Shown: one piece after another, positions 48,301 to 56,651 of the stretch | Layout of the letters: each line of letters starts with the position of its first letter | Numbering within the stretch: the stretch's first letter is position 1 | IMG/VR virus record: IMGVR_UViG_3300044615_001997 | Strand: one strand, 5' to 3' | From: a virus | DNA: 64,000 nucleotides | Program-made: the position numbers and the translations under genes | Notes under the pieces: generated by a model | Databases searched by the model: none | Told to the model about the DNA's origin: nothing | Seen by the model: the letters and a program-made list of their open reading frames with translations, nothing else

Positions 48301-51200
48301 CTGATGCCACATCACCAGCAATACCCAGTAATTCAAGTTCTTATGTTTATTCTCCTGTTCTCGGAACAGTTTTGGCGGTGGGAACCCATAATTTAACTGT
48401 GACATTTGTTAGCAGCGATTCTACCAATTTTACTGTTACCCCCGTACAAAAAGTTGTAACAATTTCTGTGGTGGCTCAAGCGCCACCCATCACTTGGAAT
48501 ACACCAGCAGCCATTACCTATGGCACCCTGCTTAGTAGTACTCAATTAAACGCAACCAGTACCATAGCAGGATTAACTTATACTTATACTCCTACATTCG
48601 GAGCATTATTGAATGCAGGAACACGAACACTATCTCTCACGGTTTCAGGAAACCCAAACTACGCTTCAACTACCGTGACGAGAGAAATTTTAGTAAATAA
48701 AGCAGCTTCTTCCATTACATTTACATCTCCAACCTCAGGGAGAGTAGGAGATCACATATTATTAACTACCGAGAAAACAGGTTCAACCAGTCCGGTTGTT
48801 TATAGCTCGGCTTCTACAGCTATTATAAATATTATTAATGTAAATAGGGCTAATTTGTTAACTGCAGGAACGGCTTCGGTAACAGCTCAAGTCGAGGAAG
48901 ATGCCAACTTTTTAGCCGCAGCAAGATCTCAAAACATCACCATCACTCGTGGTCTTAGTACTGTAACTATAACTTCCACAAATTCTACTAAAGTAGGAAA
49001 TACATTTACTTTAGCTGCTACAGCCACCGGATCTACAGGCCAAATATCTTTTAGTAGTAGTAACGCTAATTTGTTGAGTATAACTGGAGGTTCTATCGCA
49101 ACTGCTCTTGGGTCTGGGCAAGTCACACTCACTGCCTCTGTGGCTGCAACCGCAAATTACGATTCTGGCAGCAGTACACAAACTATAACAATCGCTAAAG
49201 GTGATTCAAACATTGCCTCGATAAATATGGTAAATCTTTTCCAGGGAGAAACCTCAACAATCACAACACAAAGAACAGGCTCCACCGGCGCAATCACATA
49301 CACCAGCAGCAACCCCGCAGTCATAAGTATTTCTGGTAACATAGCTACATTTAATTCCGGAGGAACAGCTAATATCACAGCAACATTGGCGGAAGATAAT
49401 AATTATTTGGGCACCACTAGAACACAATCTTTCACAGTTACACCCAAATCAACAGTAACAATAACATGGTCAGGTGTAACAACTTTAACTTTAGGGCAAA
49501 CTGTGCAGGTTATACCTTTTTCAACTACCGCCCCAGCTTTAGCTGATTCTCTCATAACTGCAACAACCGCAGATTCTACAATTATAAGAGTTATAACTGT
49601 AGGTGGTATAGTAGGACCTGTACTAGAAGCAATAAAGCCAGGAACTACGCAAATAACGCTCAGAGTTCCAGGCACAATAGATAGACAAGAGGCTACTTTA
49701 ATTGTAGCCATGACAGTTCAAAAAATTTCCAGCACATTAACGATAAATAATTTAATTAATAATAATTTAACTGTTCCATTATCTAGCACCAGCTATTTCA
49801 TAGGATATTCTATTTCCCCAACATCCCACGTTTATGGTGGTACTGCCCCAGCATTTGATAATTTAACAAGTAGTGTTACCTCGGTTGCCACTCGCGACCC
49901 AAATAGTTCTTTTGGTCACGTTAATTTACTTTCTGTTGGAACTACCACAATTACATTTAATAGACCAACTAATACATTTTGGGAAGCTGTCTCTAGAAGT
50001 TTTACATTAACAGTAACCAAAGGTTCTTCTACGTTAAACATTACTGGGCCTACTTCCGCCAAAGTCGGGCAATCTGGAACAATAACGTTTACAAAAACAG
50101 GATCTACAGCAACTCCAGTTTTTACAGCTGCCAGCGGAACAGGATTAATTATAACAGGCAACGCCGTAAGCTATACAAAAGCAGGTTCCCAAACACTCAC
50201 AGGAACTTTAGCTGGGGACACTAACTATGATGGGATTACTTCAACAAGAACATTAAATGTTTCTAAGGGGGATACGTCTTTATCTTTTGAGTATTTTGTA
50301 AATAGTGTATGGACTGCGACTAAACCCACCTCTGTCCTTCCAGGTCAAAGCTTGAGAATTAGACGAGTTGTCTCAGGCTCTACGGGTACAGTTACTTTAA
50401 CCGCCACACCCAGCGAAAACTTAGGAGCAACATCTGAATGCGTTGGAAGTAATTCAGGTGTTTGTGAAGCCGTAATCGTATTTAACAACACATCTCTAGG
50501 CGTTCAAACTATTACTTTAAGCGTTGCTACAGATACAAATTATAATGCAGCAACAGTTACAACAAACATAACAATACAAAAAGGAAGTTCCACATTAACT
50601 GTAGGAACTCCCAATAGCTTAACTTATGGCACACCAGTAGCTCTCAGCAATATTCAATTAACTAGAACAGGTACTACTGGAGCACCAGTATTCAGTACCA
50701 ATGACAGTAACATACAATTTACACAGCAAGGATTAACTTTTTCTTCAGTCAATACGTTGAGTAATCCCGCACCGAACCCTGGGTCTGGAACATACAGTGT
50801 TACGTTAGCTGCAGATGACCAGTATAATTCTATTACAGCCAGTAAAACAGTGACATTACTTAAAGGAACACCGACTTTCACTTTTGAGTATAGTGCAGTA
50901 ATTTCTGGAGGCGCTTCATTCACATGTGCTACGCCTATGACTAACGTCAAACCTAATATCCAGGCAGGAGCCCGTAGTGTGCTTGTTAGAATTAATCCGA
51001 ATATGCAGCCTAATCAATTCGCAACTTTCTCTTTCTCTGCGACTGGTGGAACAGCTCAACCGATACCTCTAGCTTGTAATTTTTATAACTTCTTGTATAC
51101 CTCCCCGCAAACAACAGGGCAAGTAACGGTAACGATAAATTATTCGGGAGATGGCAACACTAACGCAACTTCAACTACTATAACTTTTAATATCGTTTAA
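42387..51200 (+). CDS. Giant tail fibre/adhesin with tandem Ig-like repeats (2937 aa), NxxxxYP paralogue 2
   Basis: He_PIG-like repeats (ATNSPT....GLP.GL...G.I.G), four TPxITW..P..I.Y...L...QLNA repeats, Big_2-like TGS.G.ITY.SSN....D.NY repeats; Thr/Ser-rich. Confidence 0.8.
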   Translation: MSAYEYLTVNSLTTYPFRDGRAVNSIQPIDADVFLDILFVVYDPTIKRPYIKQIKSEDGGVSIDFHDVDGDLKIFTVEIPSAEFVSHYKNFDKSFFGYIPNEYRPKAAVKLVFGQGISKIADVQSTVVYTPDETELSPSAVQYSVPEVSTLEFESWFPDFDSKNYNPSAGQDIISVKTYLREEEVKMRYGFNNVFNYLAPRTMFLDVARGAGLGLYDPCDNIPPHDLITRINQVEPDPSGNIYFKVSDCHSLRLLTDDERNSALERILADGTDYVNFNVKHYLKFWDQLPYQNYNETISPNGKNVNILGDGQNGTINSINHGFVLENHCKPKCPHENLNAFAEYLNRVKDGVSELFKVVENPIETCGYATINGAILTATSFCDQNIINSNWLEAPLCNQGFKKYFHEGRKIKIRYNNATFYNPEIVEVIEGQNGLNTQIVLNQELPDFLPGEQYLFKVLDFGLVNKLNFEIIKHNNALITTNSPYIEFNYGTVEAFNNDDEYVTFITTVTVVYNPSEEEITVDFTSAVNDITTLIDTSVKVKYPDGEIRYEETEAVVPCKGYAIWEAIFYVPCSPELPAPPNEGHVIISVVNRSTGEILENAPKEVKLNSANCVNIDIKTIRTSAKENDLFKFNIVKALNLSDVANISFAGNIPAWLNRDTSSTGAVIPGIEDNEGYHLWGTPTANNQGILNEEFSIDITITASGVFRTTLFLSYIAKPRIISHTNGQIIEINPPDTFTRTYTQGSPLIRINATNTPIDYRFESAIPGFGQAGANSNKFIGRYGYNPTFVFPITYPVRLFAINSASSEEDELYVDIFVKVYNVGQTASTAFQDIAYCFTIPNPDSAALTLISTLPLWLNFDRNAAECNLSGLNSSNISVIERVVIRYDYANGFENREYSIGYRARPVITYPPEQVGNNIFTLELRPPDYTVSGLSKVYNEQNPLISVKILDASSTGLVYSAEGLPTGLEINESGKIIGQIDESVIPGDYLITLRVADPAFSGTLGIAVRQIKLILIADEKLFIARENSNFCLKFTELASASSYTVKDWLDGKPTWLTEANRVGAACHLTNSDNLKPSGDLSKDYRFTLAYITATNPPIQLEVNYLLRYIAKPRILYPQNGEVFQIASEDLSEVVFTEENPLLSFEVVNDPTNYEITGLPSGLSLVNGKIVGAATNANPVGDYNVTLYASNTAGVSSISIKISIKNITIQRAFQLDAFCYKITGISNALYYSLEGDKPNWLTFNPASNAVCPVGNLYGTPPISANQSASYDLILVAHRGSGELRQSFKLEYYARPNITYPLPDTVFTISPPDYNNLLFTSTNPLFKIEADNNPTSYRVNGFPERTFRVDGNGNIIGSSGATITDTQIPVQLYARNEAGESTPVRIFIVITNQINTITFNYTAATPCATGAKYKFELEDQPESITLVGHPTWITFNPSLTTDCNLTFGNNRPVLTTSQTIPLTLTRNYRGGNTKETFNLLITTIPIITNPINTTLPTNRIRYVISQPDFNNRIYSVQSPLLTITATNSPTNITASGLPSSLSVVTSGPDIGKVISVNQSIPVSELGLFIVTATASNGAGSSMTVVFEIEAKNEIIEISTRQGEAINNEFCKLITRDRATSYSIVAGTLLNGLNFSGSTDAGCNFFGVPSGGNDELSILDVRSNYVGGFSTFRIRFSHINKPSIVRFTRNGNTIIDDALSVLPGVYVGTTFTEELPLFSIDTTGNPTSFYAEGFPQNSTLSISCNGKVIGTINQAAAGKYTVIITAVNEAGESEKRTIYLDFSQAVPVITWENPDDITHPTPLNSIDHLNATANVPGSFAYLPPAGNILSASTQPRVLTVTFTPTDQITYATVAKSVTIRVFKATPTITWNTPSAISYYTALTAAQLNATANIAGTFVYSPGLGHIFNAGTHSITVTFTPVDTTNYNSATRQTELVVNKITVTPSNIYWSTPSSIVYGVALSGTQLNALARISSTDATSPAIPSNSSSYVYSPVLGTVLAVGTHNLTVTFVSSDSTNFTVTPVQKVVTISVVAQAPPITWNTPAAITYGTLLSSTQLNATSTIAGLTYTYTPTFGALLNAGTRTLSLTVSGNPNYASTTVTREILVNKAASSITFTSPTSGRVGDHILLTTEKTGSTSPVVYSSASTAIINIINVNRANLLTAGTASVTAQVEEDANFLAAARSQNITITRGLSTVTITSTNSTKVGNTFTLAATATGSTGQISFSSSNANLLSITGGSIATALGSGQVTLTASVAATANYDSGSSTQTITIAKGDSNIASINMVNLFQGETSTITTQRTGSTGAITYTSSNPAVISISGNIATFNSGGTANITATLAEDNNYLGTTRTQSFTVTPKSTVTITWSGVTTLTLGQTVQVIPFSTTAPALADSLITATTADSTIIRVITVGGIVGPVLEAIKPGTTQITLRVPGTIDRQEATLIVAMTVQKISSTLTINNLINNNLTVPLSSTSYFIGYSISPTSHVYGGTAPAFDNLTSSVTSVATRDPNSSFGHVNLLSVGTTTITFNRPTNTFWEAVSRSFTLTVTKGSSTLNITGPTSAKVGQSGTITFTKTGSTATPVFTAASGTGLIITGNAVSYTKAGSQTLTGTLAGDTNYDGITSTRTLNVSKGDTSLSFEYFVNSVWTATKPTSVLPGQSLRIRRVVSGSTGTVTLTATPSENLGATSECVGSNSGVCEAVIVFNNTSLGVQTITLSVATDTNYNAATVTTNITIQKGSSTLTVGTPNSLTYGTPVALSNIQLTRTGTTGAPVFSTNDSNIQFTQQGLTFSSVNTLSNPAPNPGSGTYSVTLAADDQYNSITASKTVTLLKGTPTFTFEYSAVISGGASFTCATPMTNVKPNIQAGARSVLVRINPNMQPNQFATFSFSATGGTAQPIPLACNFYNFLYTSPQTTGQVTVTINYSGDGNTNATSTTITFNIV

Positions 51201-51225
51201 GTACTATATTTGATACTATATTTTT

Positions 51226-52548
51226 ATGGCAATTTATACGTTAGATTTTTTAAATAAAAATAGGTTTAGAAGATTCCCCTTCAAGGCGGAAACCTCATTG
51301 ACTTCTATTAATGGACAAGTACTAAGCAATGACTTGATGGTAGGGTTGTCTATAACCACAGCCTCAGGTAGAACTAACATACATATAAGTCAAATATACG
51401 TAAAAGATCAGTTTATTTCTGTGGTATTATCCGGGACGAGCAATGGTAGAAAAATTAGTTTAGGTAGATTTGTTGGAACGATATTAGAAGATTACTCTGT
51501 TTTATACTTAGAGCAGTTTGAAAGATTTATTAACGGCATTTTAATAATCGGTAGTGTTACCGAGATTTTAAAAATGCGTGGTGGGTATTTTTTTAGCCCC
51601 CAAGCTACAGCTATAGAAGAATCTACTATTTTTCAATACACACCACCACGTGTTAAAAGTATTGTCAACGATTCAACACATTTACGGGGCAGGGTTGAGT
51701 TTGGAACTTTAACCAATCTAGTAAAGACAAAAGAAAATCAAAATATAAAAATAAGTACAACCACAGGCACACAGATAGCTAGTTTGGCGGATAAATCTTC
51801 TCAATTTAGAAATTGTGCCACCCCACTTATTTATTCAATAAATAATGCTGTTCCATTTAAAGATTCTTCTAATGATTACCCTATTTTAGACGGTAACATT
51901 TATATGGTTGGAATTAAACCTATTGTTTTTTATGGTGAGTTCGGTGCTCCAGGAGAAGAATCAAGTGTAGGAGGAACCATATTGGCACAGACTATAGATA
52001 TAAATAACAATCCATTAACTCTAGATACTTTATGTACTGCGAGAAATAAAGTTTTGCCTCCGATAAATCCAGTTTATTTAAACAACAGACCTGACAATAA
52101 AACTGTTACACCTACATTTGTAGGTAAAGAAAATTATTACACTAAATCTTTTATAAAACCTGTTAATTTTATAAAAGTAGTAGAACCTGAATTTTTGTCA
52201 TGGCCTCAATTTTTTAAAAATTTTACTGACTATGTTACAGGATTATCTCAAGGGCAGCAAAAAACCATTGTAACTGTACCTCCAGGAAAATCTGGAGTTA
52301 TTAAGAGAATAGTGTTGAGAAATTCTCCAACGCAAAATAATCTCGCCGGAGCCGGGCTACAGATAATTTTTAGAAAAAATAACGCCACTATTACAGCGTT
52401 AGATGCTTTTAATTTAAATCAAGACCAAGCCATAACTATTAATGGTGTAGAACTACCGTTTGTGGCTGGAGATACTTTCAGTGTATACTTAAATCAAGTA
52501 ACCGGCTCCAACCCCTACATGTTACAAACAATTCTTTTTTATAGATAA
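51226..52548 (+). CDS. Tail fibre/appendage protein, NxxxxYP paralogue 3
   Basis: DFLNKNRFRRFPF; IYSINNAVP...GNIY. Confidence 0.55.
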   Translation: MAIYTLDFLNKNRFRRFPFKAETSLTSINGQVLSNDLMVGLSITTASGRTNIHISQIYVKDQFISVVLSGTSNGRKISLGRFVGTILEDYSVLYLEQFERFINGILIIGSVTEILKMRGGYFFSPQATAIEESTIFQYTPPRVKSIVNDSTHLRGRVEFGTLTNLVKTKENQNIKISTTTGTQIASLADKSSQFRNCATPLIYSINNAVPFKDSSNDYPILDGNIYMVGIKPIVFYGEFGAPGEESSVGGTILAQTIDINNNPLTLDTLCTARNKVLPPINPVYLNNRPDNKTVTPTFVGKENYYTKSFIKPVNFIKVVEPEFLSWPQFFKNFTDYVTGLSQGQQKTIVTVPPGKSGVIKRIVLRNSPTQNNLAGAGLQIIFRKNNATITALDAFNLNQDQAITINGVELPFVAGDTFSVYLNQVTGSNPYMLQTILFYR

Positions 52549-52550
52549 TT

Positions 52551-53339
52551 ATGGCTGAATATAACATATTACCTTGGCAAAATGAAAATAGCCTATCTAG
52601 CTATCCGTTGGTTTTTCCATTGGATTATGATGGCTTTATTGTAGATGCTTCCTTTATACAATTTGACTACTTTGTACCGACGTTAAACACAATTTTTGTT
52701 GGGCAAGATTATATCGAGATCACTATAACCTTTGATAGCGGAGAGCTGACCCAAGTTTATTATAATTCTCAATACAATGCTGGTGTAAGAGAGATTAGGT
52801 TTATTGAGGATAACGCGCGCTATTTAGGCTGTATTACTGTTGGTGAAAATACTTCATTTTTGTGGGAAAATTTTGTAGGACAAAAGTTGATAAAAAACAT
52901 ACCTTTTTTGGCTAGCGTAGTTAAAAGCATACCTTCAAAAGACGCTGTTTATACTCTAGACAGCCTATACGGAGACATTGTTTTTGGTGTAGAGCTAGAG
53001 GAGGTTACAAATTTTTCGTCCATAGGCGGATTTAATTTTCAAAATAACTTAATAGGTGGTTTAGTGTTTCAAAGTACTGGTGGAGGTAGTAATATATTTT
53101 ATAATTATAATATTGGAAAAAATGCCTTGATTTTTAATGCTGTAGCTAACCACACTTTCCCAGAAGAATCAATATGGGCTTTAAAAAGAATTAATTTAGT
53201 TCCACCTATAAATAACAACATTTATTTAGCCAGCAACGATGTGTTAAAATTTAAGTCTATCAATAATCAAAGACTACAAATTTCTTTGGCGGGAGAATCA
53301 GCAACCGGAGCATCTATAGTTCCAACTCTTACATCATAA
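52551..53339 (+). CDS. Tail fibre/appendage protein, NxxxxYP paralogue 4
   Basis: PWQNENSLSSYPL; LKRINLVPPINNNIYL. Confidence 0.55.
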   Translation: MAEYNILPWQNENSLSSYPLVFPLDYDGFIVDASFIQFDYFVPTLNTIFVGQDYIEITITFDSGELTQVYYNSQYNAGVREIRFIEDNARYLGCITVGENTSFLWENFVGQKLIKNIPFLASVVKSIPSKDAVYTLDSLYGDIVFGVELEEVTNFSSIGGFNFQNNLIGGLVFQSTGGGSNIFYNYNIGKNALIFNAVANHTFPEESIWALKRINLVPPINNNIYLASNDVLKFKSINNQRLQISLAGESATGASIVPTLTS

Positions 53340-53340
53340 T

Positions 53341-54234
53341 ATGGATAATGTAATTGAATGGTTAAATGAAAATGAGCTAAGGGCTTACCCTCTTATCGAG
53401 GGCGAGAGATCTGAACTTGTACCTGAAAATTTTCTATTAGACTTGATTTTATTGGTTAATGAAAATGTTTCAGATCTGCATTTAGTAAAGTTAATGAATA
53501 TAGCTACTGAAACAGAGGGAATCTCGGTTCAATTTTCTGGAGAAGGGAATACTTTTTTTGTACCTCGCAATCAAGCCTACCCATTGTACGTAAGGAATCA
53601 AAACGGCAGTTTAGCGGTTTTTGGCCCAGGTGCAGAACAATTTATGGATAATTTAAACACTTCGGTAATTCTCTGTGATATACCTGTAGAGCCTTCCAAC
53701 ATTTTTAAGTTTGATATGGCTTGGCTCGGGGTGTCTAGTATATCTACGTACAAGAATTATCAGTCTATTGAAGATAGCTATGTACCTTTGACTCCTCTAC
53801 AATTAAGTAGCGTTGGCAACTATTCTCTCGAGGAAGACGTTGAATTTTATCCTGGGTATAATTATAAGATAGACTTTAGTGACGGAAAAATAAACATGAC
53901 TGCTGGGTTTAAATTAGGTATGGCTATGGACTGCACTACTCAATTTATATCTCCAGAGTTAAAAGATTGTGACAAAGTCATCTCCTACATCAACGGTATT
54001 CCTGCAGACTCTGCCGGAGCTTTTAGATTTACTTCCGGAGAAAATATTTATATGTTCGATGGAACTACTGTAAATGAAGATATACCTGACACTAATCCTA
54101 AAATAGAGGAGTTGTATTACTCACAAGGCAAACCACCTATTTCAAGAATTAATCCAAATACTCTATTTATCGGGTTGACATTTCTCGAATCTGATTTATG
54201 TTCACCTATACAACTTTTACCTACTAATAATTAA
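53341..54234 (+). CDS. Tail fibre/appendage protein, NxxxxYP paralogue 5
   Basis: EWLNENELRAYPL; ISYINGIPADSAGAF. Confidence 0.55.
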   Translation: MDNVIEWLNENELRAYPLIEGERSELVPENFLLDLILLVNENVSDLHLVKLMNIATETEGISVQFSGEGNTFFVPRNQAYPLYVRNQNGSLAVFGPGAEQFMDNLNTSVILCDIPVEPSNIFKFDMAWLGVSSISTYKNYQSIEDSYVPLTPLQLSSVGNYSLEEDVEFYPGYNYKIDFSDGKINMTAGFKLGMAMDCTTQFISPELKDCDKVISYINGIPADSAGAFRFTSGENIYMFDGTTVNEDIPDTNPKIEELYYSQGKPPISRINPNTLFIGLTFLESDLCSPIQLLPTNN

Positions 54235-54235
54235 T

Positions 54236-54559
54236 ATGAATATAAGACCTGAGAAAAAAAGAATGATTCTCACTAGCGTTAATCAAATTTTAACCCTGAT
54301 TAAAAGCAACGATAAGCTTCAAAATTTACCTAGATTTAAGGGTTTAAAAGACAAAGAGCTCAGCACAACACCATCTAAAACATGCAATTGTGCTAGGCCT
54401 ATAAGAACTCCTGATGTAAACAAGCAAATTTTGGAAGGTGTTTTATCTTCTTTAACATCTAAAGATTTTCAAGATATAAAAGATGCTTTGGGGTTGGATG
54501 AATTGTGTTATTATAATAGAAATACCAAAACCAACAAATTAGAGATGATTTGTGTTTAA
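54236..54559 (+). CDS. Hypothetical protein (107 aa, CxC motif)
   Basis: Coupled ORF at the end of the structural module. Confidence 0.55.
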   Translation: MNIRPEKKRMILTSVNQILTLIKSNDKLQNLPRFKGLKDKELSTTPSKTCNCARPIRTPDVNKQILEGVLSSLTSKDFQDIKDALGLDELCYYNRNTKTNKLEMICV

Positions 54560-54561
54560 CA

Positions 54562-55200
54562 ATGTCTGAACAAACCCCATTCTATTCAAATACTGAAGAC
54601 GGTAAAACTGTTCCTGTGAATTTAACTGCCTTTCACGGGATTCAAACCGTTAAAAAAAGTTTATTGGTGGGAAGAAAAGTAGAACCTGCAGATTTTTTTA
54701 TTTCTTCTACAGCAGGCTTTGGGTTTCCAGGTATACCGTTTGTTCCCGGGGAAGCAAACCCAGCTAATTTTTGCCAAGGGGAAGATGTGATATTCGATGC
54801 GTTTCTGTATTACCAAGGCGAAGCCGTAACTCAAAATGATTACGATATATTAGTGCAAGTAAAGTCTTCTTTGCGTAGTCCCACCGCATTTTGGGTAGGA
54901 GAAATTCAGAACGGCGTCTACCCTGAAGAAAATCCAGGTTATTACACGATATGGCTGCCTGCAGAGAAAACAATGACGTTGTTTGCTGGTTCTTACAATT
55001 TAAATGTATTTTTATCTCAACAGGTAGGTAAGGGTTCAGGACCTCACGATAGAAAAATTTCTCTAATCGATATTGCTTTTAATATTGAGTATTGTGGCGG
55101 AAGTGAAAATCCTGAAAATGTGAGACTGACTGGAGATTTACCTCATAGAGCTTCTATAAAAAGAACCTGGCCTAATGCTCCCGACATTATACAGGGTTAA
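54562..55200 (+). CDS. Hypothetical protein (BppU-N-like beta domain possible)
   Basis: Probable ATG at 54562; QGEDVIF, YTIWLPAEKT..L..GSY pattern. Confidence 0.5.
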   Translation: MSEQTPFYSNTEDGKTVPVNLTAFHGIQTVKKSLLVGRKVEPADFFISSTAGFGFPGIPFVPGEANPANFCQGEDVIFDAFLYYQGEAVTQNDYDILVQVKSSLRSPTAFWVGEIQNGVYPEENPGYYTIWLPAEKTMTLFAGSYNLNVFLSQQVGKGSGPHDRKISLIDIAFNIEYCGGSENPENVRLTGDLPHRASIKRTWPNAPDIIQG

Positions 55201-55236
55201 CCCCCAAATATTAATAGTTAATTTTTTTGGTATAAT
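55198..55236 (+). promoter_or_regulatory. Candidate phage-specific early promoter, copy 1
   Basis: TAACCCCC-N17-TTTTTTGGTATAAT, same spacing as the copy at 56250. Confidence 0.55.
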
Positions 55237-55310
55237 TTATAAGTAAGTATCCTTAGCTATTTTAGTTAATAATACTTGCCTCAACTTAATTTTAGTGTAG
55301 GTTAATAGAA

Positions 55311-55829
55311 ATGAAAGCGGTAATAAATAAATGCCATGGCGGGTTTAATCTTTCTCCTAAGGCGATAAAAAAATACTGTGAATTAAAAGGCATGCCTTGT
55401 TTTTTATTTTCTTATGACTACGCTCAAAATAAACATGTTTTAATTGATGAAGAAAAAGCAGAGCAACTAGGTTTTTGGGTGGCTTATAAGGTGGAAAATC
55501 CTGATGAATTAATAAACTTTGTACATCCAGAAGAGCAACCACCGGAAGGTTTATTTGGTGATGGCTTAGAGCAATGGAATGCGTTCCAACTCAGTAAAGC
55601 TGTAGAAGCCACTATTCAAAATAATGAAAATTTAAAAAATTCTGTAATTGCTCCAGGAAATAATCGAGCAGAGATTGAATTAATACAAACTGTTGAAGAG
55701 TTAGGGTTAGAGGCTTCTGGAAACTTCAGTAATTTGGTAGTTATAGAAATTCCTGACGACATAGAGTGGTTTGTAGTAAGTAGTGGTGGTAAAGAACACA
55801 TCGCAGAAAAGCATAGAATATGGGAATAA
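55311..55829 (+). CDS. Conserved hypothetical phage protein (172 aa)
   Basis: MKAVINKCHGGFNLS...LIQTVEELG..ASG..S.L.VIEIPDD..W......KEHIAEKHRIW, a pattern I recall as common in large phages. Confidence 0.7.
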   Translation: MKAVINKCHGGFNLSPKAIKKYCELKGMPCFLFSYDYAQNKHVLIDEEKAEQLGFWVAYKVENPDELINFVHPEEQPPEGLFGDGLEQWNAFQLSKAVEATIQNNENLKNSVIAPGNNRAEIELIQTVEELGLEASGNFSNLVVIEIPDDIEWFVVSSGGKEHIAEKHRIWE

Positions 55830-55830
55830 G

Positions 55831-56025
55831 ATGATAAAATTTATATTTATTTTATTTTTATTTTTTAGTTTTTTAATCTCTATAGTTTCTTTAAACTGTA
55901 AAATTAATAAACTTACGTTAGCTACAGAAAAATCGAGAAATGAATTAACTGTGTTAAATAATCAATTAAAAGAAAGTAATGTTTTAATTGGTGAAATTGA
56001 CACTGCTTTAGAGCTGCCAGAATAA
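55831..56025 (+). CDS. Small membrane protein with an N-terminal TM helix and a coiled coil (64 aa)
   Basis: ATG at 55831, just after the upstream stop; MIKFIFILFLFFSFLISIVSL. Confidence 0.5.
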   Translation: MIKFIFILFLFFSFLISIVSLNCKINKLTLATEKSRNELTVLNNQLKESNVLIGEIDTALELPE

Positions 56026-56028
56026 CCG

Positions 56029-56265
56029 ATGCATATGGAATTAAATACTCCTATCGACTCTGAAAGTATCAGACAAAAGAACAAGCTTTCGAGAGAAAAT
56101 GCTCAACTACATATATTAGCTGAGGATATGGCTAGAGTGTTAAGGAGGTGGCTTGATGACTCCAACATGAAATACTTCTGGACGAGTGAAGATAAAGAAG
56201 CTCTAAATGCCTATGATAGATTTAAAGAAGATGTTATTTGGAAACAATATAACCCCCCCAGTTAA
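56029..56265 (+). CDS. Small hypothetical protein (78 aa)
   Basis: Tightly packed ORF. Confidence 0.5.
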   Translation: MHMELNTPIDSESIRQKNKLSRENAQLHILAEDMARVLRRWLDDSNMKYFWTSEDKEALNAYDRFKEDVIWKQYNPPS

Positions 56266-56288
56266 TTGCTCCTATTTTTTGTTATAAT
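56250..56288 (+). promoter_or_regulatory. Candidate phage-specific early promoter, copy 2 (extended -10)
   Basis: TAACCCCC-N17-TTTTTTGTTATAAT. Confidence 0.55.
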
Positions 56289-56418
56289 ACTATGCTGACG
56301 GTTTGTCGGTCTATTAATTGAAAATACTTTCTTAATAGACCTATTCTTAAATAGCAATATACTTTTTTTAAAATTTATTTTACTGGTTAATTTTTAATAA
56401 TTTTTAGCTGGCAGCTAT

Positions 56419-56612
56419 TGTTGCGCTCGGGTTATATATAACAAAGATCTATTATATATACGCTCAACGGGAATGACTCCCACCACATAAAGGAACAACT
56501 TACCTGGTTTAGTTGTATGGCGATAATCTGAAATGGTCCGCAGCTATTTCAGCAAACCGCTCGCTAGATAGTCGATGTGCGCAAATTGACTATATTAGAA
56601 CGTGGCGCAACA
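56419..56612 (+). ncRNA. Unclassified multi-hairpin structured RNA (~195 nt)
   Basis: Closing stem TGTTGCGC/GCGCAACA enclosing five hairpins; no ORF. Confidence 0.45.
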
Positions 56613-56616
56613 CCCA

Positions 56617-56645
56617 TTGACTTTTAGTGTGTATTTATATATACT
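56617..56645 (+). promoter_or_regulatory. Near-consensus sigma70 promoter driving the large ncRNA
   Basis: TTGACT-N17-TATACT; predicted start site ~56652. Confidence 0.75.
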
Positions 56646-56651
56646 AATAAT

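Noticed and set aside
42387-54234. Diversity-generating retroelement or invertible fibre cassette
   Set aside because: No reverse transcriptase, recombinase or template/variable repeat pair seen in the window
2456-55801. Numerous short antisense or out-of-frame ORFs inside long genes (for example 3842..4327, 10681..11109, 49403..49711, 14961..15179)
   Set aside because: Shadows of the codon bias of the real + strand genes; no independent signals
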